From contig CAZBLY010000001.1 of the NCBI GenBank assembly GCA_964493265.1, forward strand, positions 28,119-92,118: a stretch of 64,000 nucleotides of DNA, given 5' to 3'. Numbering within the stretch: the stretch's first letter is position 1; every line of letters begins with the position of its first letter. Source of the stretch: Candidatus Woesearchaeota archaeon (GTDB lineage Archaea; Nanobdellota; Nanobdellia; Pacearchaeales; UBA284). Below, in pieces: positions 29,211 to 38,798 of the stretch. A program made the translations under genes and the position numbers. A model generated the notes under the pieces. The model did not search any database. It was not told where the DNA came from and saw only the letters and a list, made by a program, of their open reading frames with translations.

Positions 29211-29479
29211 TTTTATATTTTATTTCTTATATTATATTTCTAAAAAAATAAAGAAGTTTTGTACGGGGATGGTGTCCGAAGTTCAATAAGCCGACTGCAC
29301 ATCCGAAGATGCCGTTGTACTCAAAAAATTCTTCCACCTCCTCGAACATAAAGTAGAGGTTTTTAGTATATTTAAAGGTTGCGGTAATACTAAAAAAAGA
29401 CCAAAAATATTAAATTCATATTGATTTATATTATCAAAATAAAAATACTAAAATTAGAAAAAACCGGCATTTTTTTAAA

Positions 29480-30598
29480 TTATTTTAAGTTATTTTCAAT
29501 ATATTCAATAAGTTTTCTTCCAGCCACCTTAACACTAGCAGAACCAGCTCTAACATAGAATTCTTCTTCTTTTTCATTTTTTAAGAAAACAGGTTTTTTA
29601 CTTTTATAACAATCAACTTTCAGTATATTTTTATTTTCAAGAGGAACAAGTTCAAAATTAAGATAAGGAAGATACTCTTTACCTATTTTTTCTTTAATTA
29701 AATTAGCAAAATGCAGATTAAATTTATCATTAGTCTGAAAATTATCTTTTTCTATGCCTAAAATTTTACCAGCATCAGAAACCCCAATTAACAATACTCC
29801 CCCTTCTGAATTTAAGAAAGCTGTAATTGTTTTAAGAGCAGAATTTTCAATATTTTTATCAGCATTATTTGTATAAAGATTGGTTCTTAAAGTTGATTTA
29901 AATTCAAGTTTTTCATATTCCCCACCTTTTATTAGATCTATAATTTTTTCAGGAGAATCTGTCTGTATTACAAAAAGATTTGGATTTTTACTTTTAAATT
30001 TCCACACCAATTTCTTAAGTATTTTTATTTTATGCCCTTTCATGTAAATATATCCTAAAATTGCGGCTATAAAAGCCCCCGCTGCAACAAAAGATAAATT
30101 TTTAAGGGCGATGCCATAATCTAAAGCAAATAATTCATAACCTAAAAATAATTTTAAATAATATTTTAACATTTCTATGACAACACCTACAGCAAGAGGG
30201 AAAGTAAAGGAAAAAAGAGTAATCAAAAAATAATCTTTTTTTAATTTAGAATTAGAATATAATACTAACATAATTATAAATCCAATAAAACATATTGCAA
30301 TTCCAAAAAATACTTGAATTACAACCCCTCTTATTTCTCCAAGAAAAAAAGATACCAAGACAAAGATTAAAAAAACAAATTCAAATTCACTTGGAATAAC
30401 AATTTTATATTTTTTCCTTAATAAATATGGAAGAAAGACCAACAATAATAAAACAAGATTTGCAAACATCAAATGCCAAAAATGATTGTATGCAGCATAA
30501 ATAATAGATAAAAAAAGAAATAATTTTAACATAAAAGAAAGAGAACTTTGAATTCTTTTATAATTCCCTTTTATAAAATTCTTAGTATCCTTAGCCAT
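29480..30598 (-). CDS. polytopic membrane protein with C-terminal AlbA_2 (Schlafen-like 'divergent AAA') domain
   Basis: About 6 TM helices in the N-terminal 200 aa. The C-terminus has LEFKSTL....AFLNSEGGVLLIGVSDAGKILGI, matching the AlbA_2 pattern ES..LEFK......A.AN..GG.L.IGV.D.G...G. Confidence 0.5.
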   Translation of the reverse strand: MAKDTKNFIKGNYKRIQSSLSFMLKLFLFLSIIYAAYNHFWHLMFANLVLLLLVFLPYLLRKKYKIVIPSEFEFVFLIFVLVSFFLGEIRGVVIQVFFGIAICFIGFIIMLVLYSNSKLKKDYFLITLFSFTFPLAVGVVIEMLKYYLKLFLGYELFALDYGIALKNLSFVAAGAFIAAILGYIYMKGHKIKILKKLVWKFKSKNPNLFVIQTDSPEKIIDLIKGGEYEKLEFKSTLRTNLYTNNADKNIENSALKTITAFLNSEGGVLLIGVSDAGKILGIEKDNFQTNDKFNLHFANLIKEKIGKEYLPYLNFELVPLENKNILKVDCYKSKKPVFLKNEKEEEFYVRAGSASVKVAGRKLIEYIENNLK

Positions 30599-30669
30599 GA
30601 TAGATTAAAATGTTTATAGTTTATATGTTTTTTTGTGATTTTATGAAATATAATAAATAGTGATAAATA

Positions 30670-30740
30670 TGCGCCGGGCGGGAATTGAACCCGCATTGTA
30701 ACGTTGGCAACGTCACGTTCTACCATTAAACCACCAGCGC
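30670..30740 (-). tRNA. tRNA-Gly (GCC)
   Basis: The reverse complement folds as a cloverleaf: acceptor GCGCUGG/CCGGCGC, anticodon stem UGACG/CGUUA, loop UUGCCAA (anticodon GCC), T-arm GCGGG-UUCAAUU-CCCGC, discriminator A. Confidence 0.85.
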
Positions 30741-30788
30741 TTACAAAAAATAAGAAAGAGTAATATTTAAAATTTGCTCATTTTATTA

Positions 30789-31238
30789 TTAATCAAAAAA
30801 TTTACTTTTTCTTTCCGGAGTTTTGATAAAGAAATTATTTTTAAAAATACCCATTAAATTATTATTTTCATAAGGATCATCAGCTTGATAAGGCATAAGA
30901 ATATTTCTATCTGCTTGTCTTAATAAAATATAATCTTTTTTGAATTCTAAAGCAACAAGAGGAATAATATTTGAATTCATCCCTTCAATAATCTCTCCAG
31001 TATCAATACAAGGAATATGCCCATAGGTTTTTTTAATAACATCTGATAATTTTTTTCCTTCTTTTGGTATAGGTAAAAAGAAATAACACCCATCTACTTG
31101 ACAAGTTTCAACTGGCCCCCTTTTTTCAAAATCATTTATATTCATTTTACTTAAAAAATTATTTATCCTATATAAAGTCCAATTATTTGATTCTATAATT
31201 TTTATTAATTCAGGACTAAAAAGAAGAGTTTTACTCAT
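30789..31238 (-). CDS. hypothetical protein (start trimmed to internal Met to avoid overlap with thermosome)
   Basis: The ORF track shows 30789..31313, which would overlap the thermosome 3' end. MSKTLLFS at 31238 is the more plausible start. No recognisable motif. Confidence 0.3.
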   Translation of the reverse strand: MSKTLLFSPELIKIIESNNWTLYRINNFLSKMNINDFEKRGPVETCQVDGCYFFLPIPKEGKKLSDVIKKTYGHIPCIDTGEIIEGMNSNIIPLVALEFKKDYILLRQADRNILMPYQADDPYENNNLMGIFKNNFFIKTPERKSKFFD

Positions 31239-31239
31239 T

Positions 31240-32889
31240 TTAATAACCTTGAGGCATTTGAGGTAACTGACTTTGGCCAGATGCAGATGATTTGTTTGAG
31301 GCAATAACATCATCTATTCTCAATATCATCATTGCAACTTCACTAGCTGATTTGATTGCTTGATTCTTAATTTCAAGTGGCTCAATAATCCCTTTTTTTA
31401 ATGTATCACATATCAAACCACCAGCTGAGCTTACTACGCTTGTATCCAACCCAGTTGTTGTTTCATTTTGATCGTGTCTTGCTTTAAGTTCTGTAATTAC
31501 ATCAATTGGATCTAATCCGGCATTTTCAGCAAGTGTACGGGGAATAACTTCTAGAGAATTTGCAAAAGCATTAACAGCTAATTGTTCTCTTCCTTTAATG
31601 GTTTGAGCAAATGCTTTAAGTCTTCTTTGGAGCTCTATTTCAAAAGCACCACCACCTGAAACAATAAAACCTTTTTCAAGTGCAACAGAAACATCCCCAA
31701 TACCATCTTTTATAGCTCTTTCAAGTTCATCTATAACATGCTCTGTCCCGCCACGAATTAGAATTGTAATTGCTTTAGGATTTTTACATCCAATAACATA
31801 AATCATTCCTTCCTCTTGATATTTAATTTCCTTGACAGTTTCAGCATAACCAAGCTGGTCTGTTGTAAGTTCATTAATATTACTAACTATTTTTCCTCCA
31901 GTTGCTTTAGCAAGAAGCTCCATATCACTCTTCTTAATTCTTCGGGCAGCAAAAATTCCCTCTTTTGTTAAATAATATTGAGCCACATCATCAATTCCTT
32001 TCTGACATAAAATAACATTAGCATTAACTTCTTTAATCTTATTGACCATGTCTTTTAGAATTCTTTCTTCTTGATCAATAAAAGATTGTAATTGATCGGG
32101 ATTTGTAATTTGAATTTTTGTGTCTGTTTCAGGAGTTTTAAGCTCAAGGGCGGTATCAATCAAGGCGATTTTTGCGTCCTTAATATGGGAAGGCATATCT
32201 CCACTAACACGTTCTTTGTCTAAAACAATCCCCTTAATAAGTTCAGTATCTTCTATTCCCTCTCCTTTTTTCTTTTCAAGTTTTATATTTGTTTTATCAA
32301 TTATAATTTTACTGCTATCATCTTTGTTATTTTGTTCCATAACTTGAAGAATAGCATCAACTGCAACTTCAGATAATTTTTCTTTTGCTGCCTCTGCTCC
32401 TTTGCCAGTCATAGCAGTAATAACAATCTGTTTTAGAAGATCTTTTTGTTCTTGATTAATTTTATATGCTAAATCTTTAGAAATTTTATAAGCTTGCTCC
32501 GCCCCTAAACGATAGCCTCTAACTATAACAGTGGGATGAATCCTATCTTCAAGCAACTTTTCAGCATTTTCAAGAAGCTTGCCAGCAAAAATTACAGCTG
32601 TTGTAGTTCCATCACCAACTTCATCTTCTTGAGTTTTAGCTATTTCAACCATCATCTTTGCAGCAGGGTGTTCAATTTCCATTTCATCAAGAATTGTGAC
32701 CCCATCATTTGTAACAGTAATATCCCCAATAGAATCAACTAACATCTTATCCATGCCTTTAGGCCCCAATGTAGTTTTAATAGTATCAGCCACAAGTTTA
32801 GCTGCTAGAATATTATTTCTTTGTGCATCTTTTCCTATCATTCTCTGGATATTTTCAGGCAATATGTAAATTGGTTGTTTTTCAGTCAT
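31240..32889 (-). CDS. ths: thermosome subunit (group II chaperonin)
   Basis: [27 protein letters not shown] and GDGTTT motifs. 549 aa. Confidence 0.9.
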   Translation of the reverse strand: MTEKQPIYILPENIQRMIGKDAQRNNILAAKLVADTIKTTLGPKGMDKMLVDSIGDITVTNDGVTILDEMEIEHPAAKMMVEIAKTQEDEVGDGTTTAVIFAGKLLENAEKLLEDRIHPTVIVRGYRLGAEQAYKISKDLAYKINQEQKDLLKQIVITAMTGKGAEAAKEKLSEVAVDAILQVMEQNNKDDSSKIIIDKTNIKLEKKKGEGIEDTELIKGIVLDKERVSGDMPSHIKDAKIALIDTALELKTPETDTKIQITNPDQLQSFIDQEERILKDMVNKIKEVNANVILCQKGIDDVAQYYLTKEGIFAARRIKKSDMELLAKATGGKIVSNINELTTDQLGYAETVKEIKYQEEGMIYVIGCKNPKAITILIRGGTEHVIDELERAIKDGIGDVSVALEKGFIVSGGGAFEIELQRRLKAFAQTIKGREQLAVNAFANSLEVIPRTLAENAGLDPIDVITELKARHDQNETTTGLDTSVVSSAGGLICDTLKKGIIEPLEIKNQAIKSASEVAMMILRIDDVIASNKSSASGQSQLPQMPQGY

Positions 32890-33095
32890 TTTAAATTTTC
32901 AGTCATTTTTACAGAAAATTCTATTAATTTCCCTTAACCTATATTATCTTTGATTAGGATATTTAAAAAGTTTTCTCTTATTTTTACATTTTATCAAATA
33001 CAATATATGGGCCATTAAATTAGCACCAAATCACGAAAAAGTATTTAAAACAAATGAAACTCAAAAATTTATAATAAAGAGGTCATTAAGGAAAA

Positions 33096-33377
33096 ATGCC
33101 AAGAAAAAATTCAAACACAGTTAATGGAATAAAGGGATTTTCAGAAAGATTTGTATTACAAGACACAGATACACTAAAAGAAACCCGGCTTAAAGAACTA
33201 AAAACCAAAGAAACAGGATGGGTAAAAGAAGGTAAATGTGAAGAGTGTGGTGGTTTTGACATTCTTTCCAGATATGGAGATGCTTTTTTATGCAGTGAAT
33301 GTCTAAGATTAATTAATTCAAAAAACAAAAGAAGCAAAAAAATTAAAGCAAAAACAAAGATAAAAAGAAGAAATTAA
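33096..33377 (+). CDS. small zinc-ribbon protein with basic tail
   Basis: CEECGGFDILSRYGDAFLCSECL plus a K-rich C-terminus. SD aaggaaaaatg. Confidence 0.3.
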   Translation: MPRKNSNTVNGIKGFSERFVLQDTDTLKETRLKELKTKETGWVKEGKCEECGGFDILSRYGDAFLCSECLRLINSKNKRSKKIKAKTKIKRRN

Positions 33378-33401
33378 AAATATTCCATAAATTAGATTTT
33401 T

Positions 33402-33773
33402 TCAGTCTTTTTTGTGCAATTTATTATATATAAAAGTTGCCAATCCTTCTATGTGGCTAATTTTATTCTTCAAAAGAATTATCCTTAATCTATTATTAAT
33501 TCTTACACCTTTTTTAACAAGTTCTTTTTTTAGTGAGTGATAAAGATGTTTTCCTTTTTTATCAAAATCAGTTAAAATAATACACTCTTTTGTTTTAATT
33601 TTTTCTACAGTAACATAAAAAGGTCTTCCATGTAAAATAATTATATTCTTACTTTTAAAACCAAGTTTCTCAAGAGCTTTTTTATCTTTGCAACCTTCAA
33701 CAACAATCAAAGCATCAGAATTTTTTGCTTTATCTATTTCAATTAAAAGGCTAAAATAAAATTTAGATTTCAT
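33402..33773 (-). CDS. small Toprim-domain protein
   Basis: ALIVVEGCKDKKALEKLG ... ILTDFDKKGKHL gives the E...DxD Toprim signature. The start was moved to MKSKFYF because the longer ORF (to 33860) overlaps tRNA-Lys. Confidence 0.5.
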   Translation of the reverse strand: MKSKFYFSLLIEIDKAKNSDALIVVEGCKDKKALEKLGFKSKNIIILHGRPFYVTVEKIKTKECIILTDFDKKGKHLYHSLKKELVKKGVRINNRLRIILLKNKISHIEGLATFIYNKLHKKD

Positions 33774-33789
33774 TCTTAATATAAAATTA

Positions 33790-33911
33790 TGGGTCCGACG
33801 GGGCTCGAACCCGCGACACCCTGGTTTCTCTTTTTGACTGCAGGATTCATAAAAACCCACAGACGGTTTTTATTAAGAGCCAGGTGCTCTAACCAACTGA
33901 GCTACGGACCC
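33790..33911 (-). tRNA. tRNA-Lys (CUU) containing a ~48-nt intron in the anticodon loop (archaeal BHB-type position 37/38)
   Basis: The reverse complement gives GGGUCCG-UA-GCUC..GAGC-A-CCUGG-CUCUUA[intron AUAAAAACCGUCUGUGGGUUUUUAUGAAUCCUGCAGUCAAAAAGAGAA]A-CCAGG-GUGUC-GCGGG-UUCGAGC-CCCGU-CGGACCC-A. The 3' part of the intron (AAGAG) can pair with the anticodon region (CUCUU). Confidence 0.8.
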
Positions 33912-33978
33912 AACATTAAATGAAAAGATAAATTTGTTTATAAATTTTTATAATTTTATAGAAATATTAAGAACACTA

Positions 33979-34287
33979 TTAAGCGTTCTTTCTCCATGTG
34001 TGTTTGCACTTAACACATCTAAAAAATTGGGTCTCAGCTTCATCTCCTGATCTCATTTGAGCAGAAAAATAATATGCTTTATCATTACCACATTTAGGAC
34101 AAACCTCATTGACTGTTGGCCAGACATTTGAATCCTTTTCATTAAGAACATCCAGTTTTGTTTCTTTGTTAATTTTTTCAGAAACAATAAGTTTTACTTT
34201 TTCCTTAGAACGATAACCACATTTAGGACAAGAAAATTTCGTTTTCTTCTGCACTAAAATAGCTCCACACTTTGGACAAAACTTCAT
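33979..34287 (-). CDS. tfs: transcription factor S (TFIIS-like) / RNA polymerase subunit M
   Basis: N-terminal Zn ribbon MKFCPKCGAIL...CPKCG and C-terminal TFIIS-type ribbon CPKCGNDKAYYFSAQMRSGDEAETQFFRCVKCKHTW. Confidence 0.8.
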   Translation of the reverse strand: MKFCPKCGAILVQKKTKFSCPKCGYRSKEKVKLIVSEKINKETKLDVLNEKDSNVWPTVNEVCPKCGNDKAYYFSAQMRSGDEAETQFFRCVKCKHTWRKNA

Positions 34288-34408
34288 TTTTATCCTCTTT
34301 TGTCAGCTTCTAGGTTTAAAAACTTTGCGTTTATAAGTTAGAACTTTATAGGAAGAAAAAAACCATGAAAAAAACCATAAAAAAAATCATGAAAAAATCA
34401 CAAAAAAA

Positions 34409-35002
34409 TTACTTAAATATTCCAACAAAAAATAATTTTATCCAGCCAACTTTTGGAATTCTGCCAATGGCTTTTCCTAAAATTTGCTCTTGTTTAATTG
34501 TTTCCTCATAAGGCCATTGGGCATTGTTATGGTCTCCTTTAGTTGAAAAAGTGGTTTCATTATTAAATATAATGCGATGAATAATTGGCACTTTCTGGCC
34601 TTCAACCTTGAAAATAATTACATCCCCAACCTTATAATCATGATTTTTTAAGCCCCGAACAATAATTATATCCCCTTTATCAAGACCATTTCTCCAAGAC
34701 CATTCTTCAATCTGTTCTTTTGTTATATTATTTTCTAAATACCACGAACCATGTAAAGAAAACCAGTTATCAAATTCGCCTTCATGAATCATACTATTAC
34801 TTTCAATAATTACAAAAGGGATTGGTGTAGCAAAAATCAGACCAAAAACTGGAAAAATAATAAATTTAACAATTAAAAAAATCAAAATAAGATCGATAAT
34901 CCAACTCCAAATAGAATCGCTTTTCCATAAAAAATGCCATATCTTTCCAAAAGTGTTTTGTTTTCCTAACCTCTTTTTTTTGTGTCTGATATTTTTTTTC
35001 AT
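34409..35002 (-). CDS. signal peptidase I (archaeal Sec11/S26B type)
   Basis: N-terminal TM anchor, catalytic-Ser region IIESNSMIHEGEF (cf. SGSMEP) and KGDHN box. 197 aa. Confidence 0.55.
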   Translation of the reverse strand: MKKNIRHKKKRLGKQNTFGKIWHFLWKSDSIWSWIIDLILIFLIVKFIIFPVFGLIFATPIPFVIIESNSMIHEGEFDNWFSLHGSWYLENNITKEQIEEWSWRNGLDKGDIIIVRGLKNHDYKVGDVIIFKVEGQKVPIIHRIIFNNETTFSTKGDHNNAQWPYEETIKQEQILGKAIGRIPKVGWIKLFFVGIFK

Positions 35003-35040
35003 CTGTAAAAATAATTGAATTTAGCTTTAAAAATTTATAC

Positions 35041-35805
35041 TTATATAATCTTAAAATCTACGCGGATGTGGTATTTGTAAGGAGCTATTTCCCTAACTTT
35101 CTTTATTCTTGATATCTTAATTTTCTTTTTAGCTTTTTTTGCTTCTTTTTTGATTTTTTCACTTATTTGTTTCAAGTTTTGTTTTTTCAAAAAATCATAA
35201 AAATGTATTATTGTTCCTTTTTTTGAAACCATGAATGCTTCTTTTAAAAATGATTCCTTAAGTTGTGGTCTTGCCATAATTATTCTATCAAATTTTATTT
35301 TTTGTCTTAAGAACTTTGGAATAATTCTCTTAACATCACCTTGAATAATTTCAATATTATTCAATTTGTTCAATCTGTTTAATTTAACATTTTCTTTAGC
35401 ATATTTTGAGGCTGCACGACTGATTTCAACACAATAAACTTTTTTTGCTTTGCTTTTTTTAGCAATAACAATTCCATAAGGGGCTATTCCAGAAAACATA
35501 ACTAAAACAGTTTCACCTTTTTTGATTTTTTTTGCTATCTCTAACCTATCATGACTTAATCGTTGAGAAAAATAACAAGTTTTAATATCTAACTTGAAGA
35601 TACAGGTATTTTCTTTATGGATTGTTTCTGTTTTTTTGATTCCCGCCAACCATTTTAATCTTGGAGTTCTAAGACGGCCAGCTATCTTGCTTTTTACATA
35701 AACAGCCTTAATATTTTTATATTTTTTAATTAATTCTTTTGCTTTATTTTTAGTCGTTGGAACATTAAAAATAATCACATGTCCTATAATATCAAATCCA
35801 CCCAT
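35041..35805 (-). CDS. trm5: tRNA (guanine37-N1)-methyltransferase Trm5 / Met-10+ family (Taw2-like short form)
   Basis: FDIIGHVIIFN start (cf. FDVIGDIAIL) and SAM-binding motif VLVMFSGIAPYGIVIAK (cf. VVDMFAGIGYF). Confidence 0.6.
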   Translation of the reverse strand: MGGFDIIGHVIIFNVPTTKNKAKELIKKYKNIKAVYVKSKIAGRLRTPRLKWLAGIKKTETIHKENTCIFKLDIKTCYFSQRLSHDRLEIAKKIKKGETVLVMFSGIAPYGIVIAKKSKAKKVYCVEISRAASKYAKENVKLNRLNKLNNIEIIQGDVKRIIPKFLRQKIKFDRIIMARPQLKESFLKEAFMVSKKGTIIHFYDFLKKQNLKQISEKIKKEAKKAKKKIKISRIKKVREIAPYKYHIRVDFKII

Positions 35806-35846
35806 TTTTTTATATTTTCTCTGTTTCTTGTATTTTACTTTAAATT

Positions 35847-36698
35847 TTACTTTAAAAAATATTGTAAAGCATCTTCAATAGAGCCAACTTCTATAACAGT
35901 TATTCCAGCTTCTTCTTCAATATTTGCTTCTCTTGGAACTTCATCTGTTTTACAAAATCCGTTTTCACAAGTTTCTGCTAATTCATAAACAACTTCAGTG
36001 CTTTGAAATAAAGGTACTAAAAAAATTGTGGCTCCAAAATCTTTAGCTGCCTCTGCTTTGGGTAATACTGAACCAACCAAACCAATACGGCCATAATTAT
36101 TCACTGTTCCTGTTATAATAACATCATCTCTTAAGGTTATATTTTCTAATGCAGCTATTGTTGCTATGCTTATAGCTGCTCCAGCACTTTCTCCACCAAT
36201 TGCTGAAGCGTTTGCATAAATATTATAAACTAAATCATATTTTTCAACATCAACTTTAGATATCTTAACCGCAACATTTTTTGCTTTTCTTATACTGCTT
36301 TGAGTATCGGCCCAGAAAAATAAGTTGTCTATATTAACAAGAGTCCTACCAGAACCAGGAACAGCCTCTACAACAAGTAATGTAATAACGCCTTTTTTAT
36401 CCTCATCAACAGCTGTCAAATAAATTAAAGATCTAGTTGAATTAATCAAAGGTCTTTTAATTATAAAACCACCTTCTTCTAAATCTTCTAAACCACCTAA
36501 ATTCTCTATATCTTTATATTCTTCTCCTTGTCTGAAAATTTTTGAAATATTAGGAAAAAAAGACCATAACAAAAGAGAGCCAAGAATTAAAATAAATATT
36601 ACAAGAAGGGCGATAATAGTTAAAATTAAAGTTGTTTCTCTATCTCTTTTCTTTTTTCTTTTGATTTTTACTTTTTTTGCCATTTCCTCTTTTATCAA
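35847..36698 (-). CDS. membrane-anchored S16 (Lon-type) peptidase domain protein without AAA+ module
   Basis: N-terminal TM helix, then a Lon proteolytic-domain-like core with Ser motif IGGESAGAAISIATIAAL (cf. GPSAG) and a downstream Lys. Confidence 0.45.
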   Translation of the reverse strand: MIKEEMAKKVKIKRKKKRDRETTLILTIIALLVIFILILGSLLLWSFFPNISKIFRQGEEYKDIENLGGLEDLEEGGFIIKRPLINSTRSLIYLTAVDEDKKGVITLLVVEAVPGSGRTLVNIDNLFFWADTQSSIRKAKNVAVKISKVDVEKYDLVYNIYANASAIGGESAGAAISIATIAALENITLRDDVIITGTVNNYGRIGLVGSVLPKAEAAKDFGATIFLVPLFQSTEVVYELAETCENGFCKTDEVPREANIEEEAGITVIEVGSIEDALQYFLK

Positions 36699-36699
36699 A

Positions 36700-36776
36700 T
36701 GGGCCCGTTGGGATTTGAACCCAAGACCCCTACGTTATCAGCGTAGTGCTCTAAAACCAGGCTGAGCTACGGGCCC
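36700..36776 (-). tRNA. tRNA-Ile (GAU)
   Basis: The reverse complement gives GGGCCCG-UA-GCUC..GAGC-A-CUACG-CUGAUAA-CGUAG-GGGUC-UUGGG-UUCAAAU-CCCAA-CGGGCCC-A. Confidence 0.85.
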
Positions 36777-36779
36777 TCA

Positions 36780-36852
36780 CGGTCCGGATAGGATTCGAAC
36801 CTACGACCCCACGGTTAACAGCCGTGTGCTCTAGCCACTGAGCTACCAGACC
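36780..36852 (-). tRNA. tRNA-Asn (GUU)
   Basis: The reverse complement gives GGUCUGG-UA-GCUC-AGUGGCUA-GAGC-A-CACGG-CUGUUAA-CCGUG-GGGUC-GUAGG-UUCGAAU-CCUAU-CCGGACC-G. It sits 3 nt from tRNA-Ile, with a TATA-like ctttataaac about 25 nt upstream on the minus strand. Confidence 0.85.
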
Positions 36853-37070
36853 ATCTAATAAAAAGTCATAAATTGTTTATAAAGTTTTTCAGAATGGGTA
36901 AAAAGAAAAATATTTATATTCTTAATAACTAATAATCTTATGTATGAAAAACAAAAAGTGTTTTTAGAATGGCTAAAAACTATAGCAATCTAGTTAATAA
37001 CAATAATGGTTGGTATTGGCGGCTACTATGCTCTATTTATTAGGAAATGGTGATGGGTTTTATAATTGAA

Positions 37071-37604
37071 TTATTTTTCAATCATCTCTTCAATATCTTC
37101 TTCAACCAGTTCTTTTAATTTAGAACGGCTCCTTTCAAGATAACCATAAGCTTTTTGCTGTGGCGAACCTCTTATCAACATCCCTATGGCATGATTTGCA
37201 ATTTCTATACTTTCAAATCTTCCAATTATTGCAACAACGTGATCTGCAATAACAAGATTACATTCGGCAAGCTTTTCTATTATGTGTTTTGTTCTCCCTT
37301 TTGTTCCAATTATTCTGCCCTTAATGACTTTTATTCTAGAATTTTTAGCATAGGATTTAATATTTATTTTCTTTAGAACAAAATTAGTATTTTTAATTAA
37401 TAAAGCAGTATCAATATCAAAACCTAAGGCAAGAGCATCAAAAACTTCTGAAGCAATATGCTCTTCAATAGAATCTTTTTTACTCTCTATAAAAATTTCT
37501 TTTTTATTTTTAATTTCAACCTTAATATCAAGAGCATTTTCCAATCTTTTTTTATTTTTTTTGATAATACTTAATTTCTTTTCTGGAAAAAATATTTTTT
37601 GCAT
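37071..37604 (-). CDS. KH-domain RNA-binding protein (archaeal Dim2/Pno1-like)
   Basis: Two KH-like segments with the GxxG motif (IIGTKGRTKHIIE). Confidence 0.55.
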   Translation of the reverse strand: MQKIFFPEKKLSIIKKNKKRLENALDIKVEIKNKKEIFIESKKDSIEEHIASEVFDALALGFDIDTALLIKNTNFVLKKINIKSYAKNSRIKVIKGRIIGTKGRTKHIIEKLAECNLVIADHVVAIIGRFESIEIANHAIGMLIRGSPQQKAYGYLERSRSKLKELVEEDIEEMIEK

Positions 37605-37650
37605 TTTTTGCTTTTATGTTGCTTTTATTTTATTTTATTTTTATTTTAAC

Positions 37651-37980
37651 TCAGAATTCTTTTTCAATATTTTTAAGATAGCCTTTTTTTCTTAACCAAA
37701 GAACCCCGTTAGGCCTATATTTCCAAATAACATCTCCTTTTTCATCTCCCCCAAGTTCCCAAGGTTCAATAAGAATTACGTTGCCTTCTCTCAACCATAA
37801 TCTTCTTCTAAGGCGGCCAGGCACTCTACAAATACGACTTTTACCATCAAGACATTTTACAGACATACGATTTCCACCAAGTCTTCTTTCTAAAATTCCT
37901 AAAACTTCTCTACCTTTTGGAAGTCTAACTCTAAAAACCTCTCCTTCTTGTTTCTGCGGTTTTTTTCTAAATTTACCCAT
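37651..37980 (-). CDS. eif1a: translation initiation factor aIF-1A
   Basis: GEVFRVRLPKGREVLGILERRLGGNRMSVKCLDGKSRICRVPGRLRRRLWLREGNVILIEPW is a typical eIF1A OB fold. TATA tttataaa lies about 25 nt upstream. Confidence 0.85.
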   Translation of the reverse strand: MGKFRKKPQKQEGEVFRVRLPKGREVLGILERRLGGNRMSVKCLDGKSRICRVPGRLRRRLWLREGNVILIEPWELGGDEKGDVIWKYRPNGVLWLRKKGYLKNIEKEF

Positions 37981-38022
37981 ATAAGAAAAAGATTATCGAC
38001 GTTTATAAATATTTTTAAAAAA

Positions 38023-38346
38023 TCAGATAAGAGACATAGCATGAGGAATATTTTGAATAATAATAACCCTGTCTTTATCTACAATTCCTGCTTGAATTGC
38101 TAACTTAATAGATTGCTTACCAACAAAATTAAAACAAGCGTCTTCTTGATTTTTTTCTTTAAGCAATTCAAGAACCTTGTCATTTTGCATTTCATCACCA
38201 CCATAAAATTCTTTATTTATTTCAATTTGCATTTTATTATCCTCAAATTTCTTTCCTAAAATATCAGAATCACAAACAGCAACAACTTCCCTGTAAATTT
38301 GATGAATTTTCACTAAAACCATTTTAACAATTAAGCAGCTAAGCAA
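38023..38346 (-). CDS. conserved hypothetical small protein
   Basis: A 107 aa ORF, co-oriented in a translation-factor gene string. No motif recognised. Confidence 0.3.
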   Translation of the reverse strand: MLSCLIVKMVLVKIHQIYREVVAVCDSDILGKKFEDNKMQIEINKEFYGGDEMQNDKVLELLKEKNQEDACFNFVGKQSIKLAIQAGIVDKDRVIIIQNIPHAMSLI

Positions 38347-38348
38347 AT

Positions 38349-38762
38349 TTAAACTAGCTTTGCCCTGACAGAATGTTTAGCACCGCAAGCAAGACAGTGA
38401 ATAAACATAAACTTGTCTTCCTTGATTAATTCAGTATCTGGCTTACCACATTCTGGACAAATAACAAATTCTTTAACATAAGATTTTATTTTTTCATTTA
38501 TCATGTCTGAACTTAATTTTCTATTCAAAATAAGACGATCACCTTCAATTAAAACTTGGGTAGCCAATTCTCTTGAAAGAAATTTAGACAGATGTGTTGG
38601 TTTTCTTCTTAATATTGAACAAATTTGAGAAAAATTTGTAATAATTGTTTTGTTTCCCTCAACATGGCCTTTAACTTCAGGAATTTCAAAACGCTTAGCT
38701 ACATCTACTTTTTTGACTTTCTTATATAATTCATCTAATAATTTATCATATTCCTCAACCAT
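38349..38762 (-). CDS. eif2b: translation initiation factor aIF-2 beta subunit
   Basis: C-terminal Zn ribbon CPECGKPDTELIKEDKFMFIHCLACGAKHSV, with the eIF2beta/eIF5 core upstream. Confidence 0.8.
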   Translation of the reverse strand: MVEEYDKLLDELYKKVKKVDVAKRFEIPEVKGHVEGNKTIITNFSQICSILRRKPTHLSKFLSRELATQVLIEGDRLILNRKLSSDMINEKIKSYVKEFVICPECGKPDTELIKEDKFMFIHCLACGAKHSVRAKLV

Positions 38763-38798
38763 ATATTGAATAGAGAAATTCTGTTTAAATATCTTTTC

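Noticed and set aside
31239-31313. 5' extension of ORF 30789..31313 overlapping thermosome C-terminus
   Set aside because: A 74-nt same-strand overlap with the highly conserved thermosome reading frame is implausible. The internal Met (MSKTLLFS) gives a non-overlapping gene.
33774-33860. N-terminal 29 codons of the six-frame ORF 33402..33860 (MGFYESCSQKEKPGCRGFEPRR...)
   Set aside because: This stretch is the reverse translation of the tRNA-Lys 3' exon. The real Toprim protein most likely starts at the internal MKSKFYF.
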